Positions 49,301 through 60,552 are shown, counted from the first letter of the stretch. The stretch is DNA of 64,000 nt from Takakia lepidozioides (GCA_030704615.1 CM060731.1:12586001-12650000), one strand, 5' to 3'. Translations and numbers: made by a program. Notes: generated by a model from the letters alone, not told the origin.

Positions 49301-50477
49301 GATTCAACACAAAAGGGACTTCTGAAATGCTTGAGCACATGATGAGATGACTGACTGGAGAGCAAAGACATGCTGAGCGAGAGAAAACAGTGATGAAAGC
49401 AATTTATTTTGTCAGCAGGCGCACAAGTACAGAGAGAGAGAGAGGGCATGAGGAGGCGAGGGGATTAGAATGATAGGTTGTGACAGATTTGTGACCTTCG
49501 GCCCTGATACACAAACCCGCCCAGACTGAATGTTGGATTGTTGACGCCAGAGGGAGAGGGAAATGGAGGTAAGAGGTTGCCTGTGAAGGAGGGAGAGGCA
49601 GTGCGAGGTCGAGCAAGTGAGGGTGCATTGGCCAGTGATGACAACGGCATTGCCACTCGAAACTCGCTGCTATATCTCCTATGCAATGCACAGAACCAAA
49701 TATATCACTTCCATGTGTCTACTACAGAAGCAGCATGTATATCTCAGATTGGTATGTGTGAAGAAAACATGTAGAAATGGCTCACAGTGGGACAAGGGCA
49801 GTGTGAGAAGAGGCATATGAGGCCCTTTGAGCTAAAATCAAAGTACCCTTCCACCCTTATCACTGTTTAATTCTATATTTGAGAAATGGTTGGTGGGAGA
49901 AAATATCAGGCCGGAGTAGTTTCAGGAATTTGTAAGATCCTCAGAAGAAAGCCCTTATGGCTATACTCAGCCCATGGCAAAACGGTGCCAGCCATAGCAC
50001 AGTGGTAAGGCTCCTTAAGTACTTTCTGATTTTTAATCCTTGTGCCTTCATGTTTGGATGACTTAGGCCACAAACAAGCAAAGCAGACTATGAACCAAGA
50101 TGAGAGACACAGACAGATTAGAGCATCAGATGTTGCTTGTTGCTACCAGCAAGGTAGCTTGCACTCAAGAAAGTCTCACCATAAGGAGGGATGCCTAAAA
50201 CTAGCGGGTTTTGCACAGGTCAGCAGGCAAGGGGTTGTCATCGTCATGCATGCAAACAACAGCCAGGCATAATCCTGTGGCATGTGCCATCTCAATGTAC
50301 TGTTTATCAGCATAATGCCTAGAAAGTGAGCACTTGCAATAGGGAACCAAAACCTGTTGGCTCAGCAAACCTGGTGCTGTCACAGGAACGTTGGCCAACT
50401 CCTGAAGATGTTTATCTTTTGATCAGTATCTTACAATTGAAAGGACAACAGTAGATGAATACAACAATGTATACACC

Positions 50478-50524
<47 letters not shown>

Positions 50525-50850
50525 GGGTACTAAACATAACAGACTTCCATGAGTTAGGCAGACACATACAAGTTGTATTGCTGTAAATGACATACATGGC
50601 GTGTCTGTGCTTACTTATCCTGGACCAGATAGCTGGGAACACTCAATTCGACAAAACTGCAGTTTTCACAATGCTTCAAACCTCAGAAAGCCTTGTGCAC
50701 AGATGGTCAACCCCTCCTCTCCCCTGACTCCATGCCTCCTATGCGTTCAAACAGGTCCGAAGTGCTCAGTGCTCTCTCTCTAACTCCGTGCTGCCTACCC
50801 CATTCTCTCCTTGAGATACTTTGCCTCTCTTGGCGCCTCTTGGGCATGGA
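40330..50850 (-). CDS. Large multi-exon coiled-coil protein, FBF1 (Fas-binding factor 1 / DYF-19, ciliary transition fibre)-like; both ends uncertain
   Basis: Approximate minus-strand exons 49680-49519, 49043-48938, 48838-48552, 48200-47650, 47260-46770, 46290-46195, 45575-45450, 45177-44945, 44788-44571, 43913-43683, 43447-43336, 43169-43047, 42611-42512, 42290-42133, 41800-41668, 41398-41188. Disordered N-terminal half, then coiled coil with ERELCIKDK, LEGLVGMLEASVKE, QEHLHLQSMQESLQAER and LEKETFFAKCME, matching remembered human FBF1 segments ERELGIRQR, EVIGKMEARLNE, AESMQRALEEQR and EEQKSVMLKCGEE in the same order. Confidence 0.72.
46464..46655 (+). repeat. LINE family 2 3' end followed by a LINE family 1 3' end (intronic)
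   Basis: Family-2 motif 46464-46575 ending ctctctct, then ttgttctgcccaaactgggc...ggccacaaggctac...cttatgagtac. Confidence 0.75.
48287..48400 (+). repeat. LINE family 2 3' end (intronic)
   Basis: ttgcttgtgggggg...cccacaagctccttgagctttctgtggatgttataaagt. Confidence 0.7.
50480..50520. repeat. (GA)n microsatellite
   Basis: ~20 GA units. Confidence 0.95.
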
Positions 50851-52458
50851 TATTTCAGAAGTGCTCTTTGCTGCCCCACCTACCAAATCCTGTCCTCTTG
50901 GCTTTCGGTGGACATTATAAAGCTCCTCTCTCGCTCTCCCTGCCCCTGATACTCTACCTGTGCTCAGTGCTTCCAATCAAATACTCTCTTTCTCTTTCCG
51001 TGTCTCTCTCTTGGTGGGTCTGGCTATGAGGGAATGGTCCCCTCTTCATCTCTCAGCCTCCGGGCCTGCTGCCCCTGTCACTAACGGTACTAACGGTGTG
51101 CCCCAGGCCCGGGAATCCTGTTTAAGGAACCGCATGAGTTAACCCAACTATTACCAATCAACAAATGCAGTGATTAGAGTGAAGAGCCCTGTATGAAAAG
51201 CCCCATCAAAGCAGAGAGAGAACCTCATGCTGCTCCAGGTGATGGATGAAATGAAACCCACCGGCCTTAGAAAAGAGAGAATCTGTCTGTGACGAGGACT
51301 GAGGCTCCTAATTGTGTGCTGGGGCTTTGTCTCTTCCTTTTCGGCCTTGTGGGTCATGCATTCTAGCCATGATTGTTCTTAGGGTAGTGGGTCCGTTTTT
51401 TGCGTTGTTTCTGTCTCCCTGCTCTGCCTCTCCGTGCTGCTGTCGGTTGTTGGGCTCGAATCTGTAAGGCTTCTTGCGGGTCCATGTCTAGTGGGTCGAG
51501 TGTCAATATTGAAGGGACTTAGCGCAGACGCACAAGACACAATTTTGAAAGGGGGTTTGCTAAGGCTAGTGATCAAAGAGAGAGAAGACTCCGGCCGAAG
51601 CCACTTCACCTTTCGGGCCCCTCTTTCGGAGGTGGGAGGACAGTGATCAAGTAGGTGTGATTGTCATTCTACAGTGTAGATCACCCTCCTCTGCCTCCCC
51701 CTTCTGCCCCGTGTCTGACTGAAGAGTGAGAAGAGGCGAACAGATGAAGCTCGGGTGGCCGGTACTGCTGTCCTTTGTAGGAGCACTATGGAAGAGGTTG
51801 CAGCTGTGGATTCGAACCTGCATCACGATTGCAAGCATCGTCGCGGACGGGCTTCACCAGGGGGACGTCAGATCCGGTCACCTAGCTTGAACCCCCTTGT
51901 ATAATCGTCTTCACCTTAATTCACCTCTAGTTTTGTGCTGGCTCTATCTTCTAGATGGGGAATGTCACTTTGAGCTTGCAATATATCATGTTCTCAAACT
52001 TTTCAGTATTGTTTACGGTGGAAGTTGCCTGATCATGGAAGGGAGATAGCGAGTGGAGCGAACAAATTTTACTAGTCGTAGATCTTTGTGCTCCAATTTC
52101 GTTACGTTTGATGCGTAAGGATGTTATTGTACAGCTTATCTAGTCTCGAACATTGCTAGTGATGAGCCTGGTCTGATTGTTTTTTGTCGAGAGGTAGCAT
52201 GCGCAGCAGAAGGATGACTCGTTGAGACCGAGTAATGGCCCTCTAGCTCTGGAGTATGAATGGCAAGTGCATGGGAGTTACTTTGATAATTTGCTCTGGA
52301 CAATGGAATCAGCTGGGATCGGTGGCCATACTAAAGGATTTGCTCACTTTCCCCTGAGTGTCCCTCAATTTCGTCAACAGTTTGTTGTTCAGCCAGTAAA
52401 ACAGTGTCTGACTGGTACATGATTAGTCTTCTTTTGAAAGGCAGGGCAATTCCCAGCC

Positions 52459-53330
52459 ATGGTGGGAGATCTGAAGGAGTGTGGGGAGGTTGGTGGGTCA
52501 CATGATGTTGTGCTTGTTGGGGCACATATGGAAAGCTGTGCTGCTTACCAGAGAGCAAAAAGGGGTAAGACAATGCTATTGCTGGAACAGTCTGATATCT
52601 CCATCAGAGGTTCATCACATGGGGAATCCAGACTCAGTCGGGCATTATATTTGAAGATTATATGATGAGGGAGGATTACAACATTTGGGAGGAAGCAGAT
52701 AATGATGCTGGCTACATGGGTGTGGACAGGCCACTTGGATTTCAGGCCCTGTGACAGTTGGAGCCTTCAAGCAGAAATTTTATCTTTACATAATGAGAGG
52801 ATTACACACAAGTTCCCCAAGATTTCAGCTCAGTTTTGCCAATCAAGTTGCCAGAAAACTGTCTTGCTGTACATACTCCTCAGGAAGGGACCATCCAAGC
52901 TTCGTAGACAGTAGCATTGTTCCAAGCCCTGGCTGGCAAGCACGGGACAGTACTGACATAGCAAAAAAACTGAGGGTACCACCGAATTGGAGACTGCCAG
53001 AAGGGTCAGATGTTATTCTGGTTGGAACTGGCCGGGGTGCTACTTGTGGACAGACATGTGTCATAGCAGTAGGTTCCTGGACTGTCCAACTTGTCAAAGT
53101 TTTTCAGGCTTGGAACTACCAACCGAATCATTACACACATCTGTGGCCTCTGGGGAGGTCAGAAATCTGCCTGTGATATTGTCTGTGTAGCCCGGGGTTT
53201 TCCTGTCTTGACTATGGCAACCCTCTCATCGATGGATTCTGTGAGTTTCGAGAGCTGATCAAATGCTGTGTCCGTTGTGGCCAACCATCCACGATGGATG
53301 GTCTTCAGGGTGTTGTCAGCCCAGGCTAGA
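52459..53330 (+). pseudogene. Sarcosine oxidase / pipecolate oxidase (PIPOX-like) pseudogene
   Basis: HDVVLVGAHMESCAAYQRAKRGKTMLLLEQ...RGSSHGESR matches the family N-terminus but with a broken GxGxxG; later fragments (TGHLDF, CVIAVGSWT, DYGNPLI, LIKC) lie in shifting frames with stops. Confidence 0.85.
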
Positions 53331-54678
53331 GGCACATTTCAGTAAGGTCTGAGGCTGCCATTATGCCTGAGGATGCACGTATTCAATGACTCCTGATGGT
53401 TGTTGGTCCAGCACTCAGGTGCCCGCTTCCAAAGTTTTGGATGCAAAGGCAGGGACCTTATTACAGAATGGAAGGGAGAAATTGGAAGAATAGAAAGCAG
53501 GCAGTAAGTTTTCCCTGATGCCTGAGGCCACTGACAATATGAGTTAGAAGCCTTCATCCAAAATGGTGTTGAAATTCCAGGCAACACAAACAAAGAGCCG
53601 CCCTAGAATGGGAACAGTGGGATTGGACTATCCGGCATGGTTTGTGGAGGGGATCTTTTGTGTATCACATGATGGTCGATCTGGCTCTCTTTTGGGCAGT
53701 TTGCAAGAACTCACCCGGAGGTTTTTGAGTCTCAGGTGCAGCCGGTGTCACAAACCTTTGTTCAGGGATTATCTCGATTGTCTCATGGTATCCTTGTAAA
53801 TGTATTCAAACTATGACTCTGTCATTCAAAGAGCATGGACTACATGGTGTGAAATTCAGTACAGATAGAGAACCCGAGTTTTTGAGCATTCATTAACAAT
53901 ATGAGTTGTTCTATACCCATCTGCACTTCATAGAATTTGTGGACAATAATGGTTGGCATCACACCCCCTCCTGGAAACTGAGATCAGGCATGGCCTCCTC
54001 ATGTTGCAGCCGGAACCAGGACTTGTTCAATCATCAGCAGCTTGGTTTCTCCCGCAGCTTCTTCTGCAGTTCAGTGGTGGGTGAGCTTCATCCTCTGCTT
54101 GTTGTGAGGGGATTAGGCCTCTTCACCCTTGCAACCATGGTCATGTCTACCTCCTCACCTCCCTCATTAGCTTGGCATTTGAGGCTTATGGATCTTTGTT
54201 GATGTCTTTCACCTCAAATTTCTACCTCAGCTTGTTTTGGCCGCATAAGAGTTTAGAGGTCAGCTCTGTGGGCAATGATTAGTGTCCACTCCACACACTG
54301 ACAAATCCAGTGACGTGGAAGTCATCTGTAACTTGCCTTGACAATGTGATTTAACCAAGTTTTAGTATAACAACCAGTCCACAAAACTGCCAGAGTAGTA
54401 GACATCGGGCAGTTTGGTATTATATCGCTATAATTATATTATAAAAGGCATCTGTCTAATCTACAGCTCTGTTGAATAAATAACACAACAAGCACACAAT
54501 TGGGCTTGAAGTTCCAACAGCTGTCCCACAAGCCTTCACCTGGAAGAGATGATTTGGCTTTGCAAACTTGTCGTGACTTTAACAGAAAGTTTGACAAATT
54601 AGTATACAGTGGAGCCTTTGCCTCTATTTAATTCATGTGTCATAATCCCTTATATGTTGTCCTCTCGCATTGCTATGA

Positions 54679-54811
54679 GGGGAGCCCAACTTAAACAGTT
54701 AGTGCACTCACCATTAACTGAAACTCGATAGCCTTAACTGCAAAATTGGGCCCTACTGTTTGTGCACACCTTCAATTATTTAATGGGTGTAACTAACTGG
54801 AATTAGGCCCC
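54679..54811. mobile_element. Possible Tourist-like MITE
   Basis: Imperfect terminal inverted repeats ggggagcccaac..cagttagt..cacc(a)tta / taatgggtgtaactaactggaattaggcccc; no clean TSD. Confidence 0.4.
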
Positions 54812-55353
54812 ATTATCTTCACAGCCCTACTTCACATTTCCTTCTTCTTAACCTGTGTTCGTCTCCCTCTTTCTGGTCTCTCACTTTGTCCTTCTCTCCC
54901 ATTCTACCTTTGTGCTTCTCCTGTAAGCGGGCCCCCTAACCAAACTAAGTAGCTGGATTTTACACTGTTGTCTTTGAAGCATGTGGGCAGAAGAGTAGTA
55001 TATACCTTCAAAAATATTATGTGGCATACAGACACATGCTATGTTCTCTTTGCTCTTTCCTCCATCTCCTAGTGTGTGGAGTTGCACACCTGCACGAGGT
55101 TAGCAAGAAAGACTAATATGCAACCAATTTGGTGTAATTCATACAACAAGCATCAGGCTTAATCTGCTCACCAACGCCTAGAGTCATAGACCCACAGAAG
55201 CATGTCCATGACGTATCCTCTCCCCCCCTCTCTCTCTCCAGTGTACACCATGAGCCCCATCCATCGACAGCACGAGTTGGGGAGGTGGGTGGTCCAGCAA
55301 TTCACCCTAGTAGCACCTCAATCACCACAAAACACCCTCTAGTACAGAGGCAG

Positions 55354-58300
55354 TCATTCATCTACCTCGTCGATTATTGTACTTGGGCACAAAAATTCCT
55401 CATTGGAGAGGCATGTGTTGAAATCCTTGCCAACATGGCTGATGTTGTATGGAAGATCCTTCCGGGGGGGTGCAACTGATCCGTATGCAATGAGCTGCCA
55501 GGGTACAAGGGTGCCATCGGCGTTGATGCTCTCCATCACAACCTCCACAATAAGGTCTGGGCGTTGTGCCAAAAGCCTCACACCTTGTGTTGTGACCTTG
55601 CAAGCTTGCACCCACAAGGATCTCAAGCATGGGCAGCCAAGTGCGAGCATGGCCATACCTGCACCATTGTCAATGACAGAGGTGAGACTTGCTCACTCTA
55701 ATATGGAACTCCTACAGATATTGATAGAGATATCAAAGAGGCTTTTCCTCATAAATAAAATCGAATCTCCTAACAAAACCGTGGAGGCAAGACACATACT
55801 CGAATCCCCAAATGGGCAATGTCGAAGCTCTAGCTTCCGTAGCTTCACACAGCCAACAGCTATGAAGGCAAGGCCTGCGTCGCTGAACCCACAATTGGTG
55901 AGAGTGATGATGTGCAGGTTGCCTCCATACTCGCCAATATGACGCATACCCTCATCGTTGATCACCGAATTGGACAGCCCAAATCTGCTGAAGCATAGTG
56001 CTAGTCTCCGTGCCTTTGGACACTGCATCAAAATTGCCTTGATTCCATCATTCAGTGTTGACTTCCCTTCAAGTTCAATAACCTGCAGGAGAAGTGCATC
56101 AAAATAAAGTGTCAGAGGATGCCTGCACTTGGAGGTTCAGAACCCATCCTGATATCTTTGCATGACAGCTAAAACTGTGTTCCCAAGCTCAGAATACTTT
56201 TCTGTATTCCCAATTGTTTTTCTAAAGACCTGTACTGTATCCTCATTGTAAATTGGAATCCCTGTCGCTCAACCTCACCCCTCCCCTTTTCCAACCCTCA
56301 CAACAAGCTACCTGTAACGCACAAAACTACACTGTTTCCTCTAGTAAACAACATACACGCACACTGATACAAGCAAGACTTAGAGGATTAGGACAGGAAA
56401 CAGACAGGGTGAGATGGGTTGTATTTTTGAACAAGGCAGATGCGGATGTCCTTGAGGTCAGGGCAGTTGATCGCAAGTGTTTCAAGAGCTTCATTGGTCA
56501 TGTCAGCTGCATAGATGATAATCTTTTCAAGCAAACTGCAACCCTTGGCCACTGCCATGAGTCCATGTTGTGAAACAAAGCCTGCATCGTCTTGCTGGAC
56601 CACCAGCCTTCTCATCAGCTTGCAGCAGCTACCAAGAACTTGGAGCCCGCTGTCCCCGATGATGTCTGTGGCCTGGAAACAGTAACCGTCAATCAGTACA
56701 TCACCCAATGATGTATCCTGCATGCATGCAGATATAGGCACAACAGGTTGATTCCTCAACACATCTGCAAGGAACAAGAAACATAGGACCAGGACCAGCA
56801 AGCCACCAGCTAAGAACACAATCCAGGAAAGAGGATTAAGTTATGTGAACCCTCTGTCCACACCAAAAAAGCATAGATGCTGCTTTTGAATGTGGAGAAG
56901 ACAGCCAATTGACGTATGAGCCCATGCTGCCTTTTGTGCTGCTCAGCTATAGGTTAATGATTGTGGACCATTCTTTACCTGAAGGTCCTCCAGATTGAAA
57001 CAAGTACTAAGTAATTCACAGACTTCAGCTTCGCCAAGCAAGGCATATGTTAGATCGAGTCTTGTAAGGCGAGACGCTATGGGCATCAACACCCTCACCG
57101 AACCTTCATCAAAGTCCCAAAGCCCTGATATATCTCTCAAGCCCTTGCACCTGCCAAATGCCTCTGCCACCTGGTCGGGATTCTCATCCATTTGCGAGTA
57201 AAGTCTGCAAAGACATAAAGAAGAAGAATACCAACTAAGTAGAGGTAGATACACCAACGATGGCAAATTCACACCACAAATAACATCATCCAAGTAGTAA
57301 CAGCAACAGATGTTGGATGTAACTGCAGCCCAATGCGCACATGAATGAGTGAATTATTCGCACGGTTCCTGGATTGCCATAATATGGAAGAGCAATCCAA
57401 GGAATGACATACAAAAGCAGCCTACACCAGGACAGTTGGCCTTGACTGGCGAAGACATGGTCAAAGACATACATCAATGTGAGAACCTAGTAGAAGCCAG
57501 AGGAGAGATTGAATGGAAGGTCTACACCTGAGCATACTAACTAAATGCATAAAGAGTCCCATATTTAAAAACCAACTTCAATCAACCCATCCACCAACAC
57601 ATCAGGAACTGTAAGACCGAACCACTGATGCATGCAACAACACATGCCAGCAAGAAAAGGAAAGAACAGGAAGAGAAGAAAAAAGTTAATTCTAGCCAAC
57701 CTTCCAGCAGTTGAGGTGACATGAGAGTTACTAAAGGAAGATCAAGACAAACAGGGAACAAAAACCTGGCTATAGCAACAAAAGTGTGACGGCCATGAGC
57801 AAAAAGGGGACCGACCCAATGCCAAGGTGGCAGACAGTATTAGCCGCAGCTTGCAGTATGGGCAACACTCGGTCAACCTGCAAGGATTCAGTCAATCTGA
57901 GGGTATGACAGCGGGTGGCCAGGTTGGCAAGACTATTCATATCAACATCCGCCAATTCTGTGAGTGACATATCTAGCACTTGAAGTGATTTTGCAGTTTC
58001 TGCCAGAGTTGTAAGCCACTGAATAGCCCCATAACTGTGAACTACAGCTTCTGCCAGGTTCAAAAAAATCAAGTTCCTGCAAAACATTTGTGCCACTGGT
58101 TACATCCCACAAGCTGATGCAACCTCTAAATTATCAAGAGCTCTGCTGTGGTTGTAACTATCATAGCAGGGAGAAGCTGCAGACTATGTTTCGTTACGGG
58201 AATAATCTGCTAGAATTCTCTTGCAGGTAACTTGAACCAAATCTGAATATGCAAATCCATAACCACAAACACACCACCTCTGAACTGAGGCTTGAAGTGT

Positions 58301-59246
58301 AAGCTGTCAGTCACTCAAGCTTCGGCAGCACTCATCCTAATGAGTTGACGTGCGGGAGTTCCCCGACCTCTCTGTGCTATTCTCTGCTGGAAAGCCATTC
58401 TATGCTCTTAAGCTTTGAAGCTTGTGGGGGACAGCAAGTTGGATGCCATATATACCTTCCCCTCCCCCACCCGTGACTTGTGCTCTCTTTTAGCCTGGCT
58501 GTTTGTTCTTAGTTTGTTAGGCATTTGTGTTTAAGGAATCTCTTGGCTTCCTGTAAACTTCAAGTTTTATTTCTTTCTTTCTATTTATCCTCCCCATTTC
58601 TTTCCTTCTAAGTACCACTTCTGACTCAAACTCACCAAGTGTTACCCCCTATTCAGAAACTACCCAGTTACAATTAATTTTTTACTCCAGACATGAACAA
58701 ATCTCTTTCTCTGTAGATCTAGGTGGAAGTGACCCACCTGCAAGTCCTGGCAATGGATAGAAGACCTGCAGTGCTGAAACCAATGCATTTTTCCAACTCC
58801 AACGACCGTAAACTCTCTCCACAGACACTCACCAAGAGTGCAATATCAGTATCCGTGATGAACATGCGCTTCAGCCTCAAGTGTGTCAACGTCTTGTAAT
58901 TTCTGGTAAGGATTTCGACCCAAGGAGTGGCGTACGCCCCCCAAAGTTCGGAATGGGGAATGAGTGAGAAATCAACAATCCGAGGTTTGCCTTTAATGGT
59001 GATGGACCGCGCATTGGGAAACCGAGAAGCAAGGGTTAAGGGTCTAATGCCATAGCAATTTGAGACCAGCACTGTGTGTCGTGTGTTGCCCTCCAGATAA
59101 TTTAAGCGCTTGCAGACAAGTGAGATCACATTGCGGTCTTCCGGACGATCGACCAGCTCAATCACCTTCTCCAGGATTTCATCAGGAAACGCCAACAGAT
59201 TGCTAAATGGTTCCTCATTGCAATCCCTTGTCAACCTACCAACCAT
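55354..59246 (-). CDS. TIR1/AFB-COI1 family F-box-LRR protein of neither canonical class (XFB-like / orphan), 6 exons, ~616 aa
   Basis: Exons 59246-58738, 58076-57816, 57204-56979, 56672-56406, 56082-55800, 55658-55354 (1851 nt, in frame, all GT-AG). F-box FPDEILEKV...DRNVISLVCK; KGKPRIVDFSLIP..WGAYATPWV; LKRM; MTNEAL; LRKLELRHCPFGD; LRSLWV; YGSVAPPRKDLP. Confidence 0.92.
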
Positions 59247-59827
59247 GCACATGTGGACTGTCATTCTTCGGTTACACCCTCTAGAAAGTTAAGTGAAGCA
59301 CCGTACCAAACAGAGACTTTTCACGTCTCCATGGAATTGGGTTCTTACTCTTTCTGTTGTGACGAGCAACAATGTAGACCACATTGTTGTCTACAAAGAT
59401 TTCCCTCAGGCCCTTTCAGCCGTTACGCTTTTTCCTGGCACGCCCCCACAACAACGGTCCCTTTCTACCCCTCTCTCTTCTGCCTTTCCACTACAGACAC
59501 ATGCACCCCGAGTGTGGCAGTCTTTCCAATTCTGCCTTGCAATCTAGAACTCAATTCCCACGAAAACTGTATTCCATCACCCTCGATTTTCAGAATCCTG
59601 TACTTCCCTCTTGCCTGCTCCTTTCTGCTACCTCCTTCGCTCTTCGCGTAACTTACTCTTTCACCATCAGAACCACGCCTCCCATCCCCACGTCGAAGCT
59701 TTCACCCCTCAGCCTATCGTCTTATCCATGCATCATCTCCCATGCCTGCCTCAGTCATCACGTGCAATACCTCCGGGCATCACACACCCCCCCCCCCCCC
59801 CCCCCACCCACTCTCTCTCTGTCTCTC

Positions 59828-59902
59828 AATGGCCACAAGGCTACGGCAAACAACGTCTTATGTGTACATTCTCTCTCTCTCAATATCTTCTCTCTCTCTC
59901 TC
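59828..59902 (+). mobile_element. LINE family 1 extreme 3' end embedded in (CT)n
   Basis: aatggccacaaggctacggcaaacaacgtcttatgtgtacattctctctctct with CT runs on both sides. Confidence 0.8.
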
Positions 59903-60245
59903 TCAAGGGTCTGCCATCGCCGACGTTTAAATAAAAATTTGCTTCTGAACGTCAGTGAAACACAGATATGAAGCCCCGGTTCGCATCTCTCTCACGCACA
60001 AACCACCATAGCTGCGCTGCACAATTACTCTCTCAATGGCCCGTCAGCGCAGGGCAACAAGACAGACTGATGATCCAGCACACTGGACATGGCAAACGGA
60101 AAAGACGTTTTTAGGTGCCGAACAGCACCGTAGCTTACCGAGAAGACAAATGTCAGTTTACTAATGTACCTGGAGAGGTCCACTTCCACATTAGCGTTAA
60201 TCCTCCCAGCTCTGTTTGGGGGGGGGGGGGGGGGGGGGTTTAATT

Positions 60246-60355
60246 CAGTGTTGTGCGGTCAAAAACCCAGATCCGGACCCGGACTTGGCTCCAAAAAAAA
60301 AACCTGAACCCGGACCCGGCGGGTTCCTTAAAAAGGCAGAACCCGCACAACACTG
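60246..60355. mobile_element. 110-bp hAT-type MITE
   Basis: Perfect 13-bp TIRs CAGTGTTGTGCGG / CCGCACAACACTG, internal (A)CCCGG repeats, flanks GTTTAATT / GTTTATAT (6/8 match to an 8-bp TSD). Confidence 0.8.
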
Positions 60356-60552
60356 GTTTATATCGCGTGAGCCATGGGAGTTTTATGTTTTTCTTAACCT
60401 CCGTCATAGGAGTTATATGTTTCCAAAACGGAAAAACTATAAGCGGGTATAGAGGACCGATGCATATATATGGTACATCTGCACCAATTCCGCGATGCGA
60501 AAACTAGAGTAGCCAGGAACCTGCAGCGACTAGTTTCACATGCAGGAAGACG

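Noticed and set aside
51800-51825. B-box-like GGTTCGAATCC on the minus strand
   Set aside because: No upstream A-box or cloverleaf.
55610-55635. miR393 target site at the RSLW position of the F-box gene
   Set aside because: The sequence (ccatgcttgagatccttgtgg) has too many mismatches to the recalled canonical site.
55354-59246. Naming the gene TIR1 or COI1
   Set aside because: Diagnostic ligand-pocket residues of both are missing or mixed.
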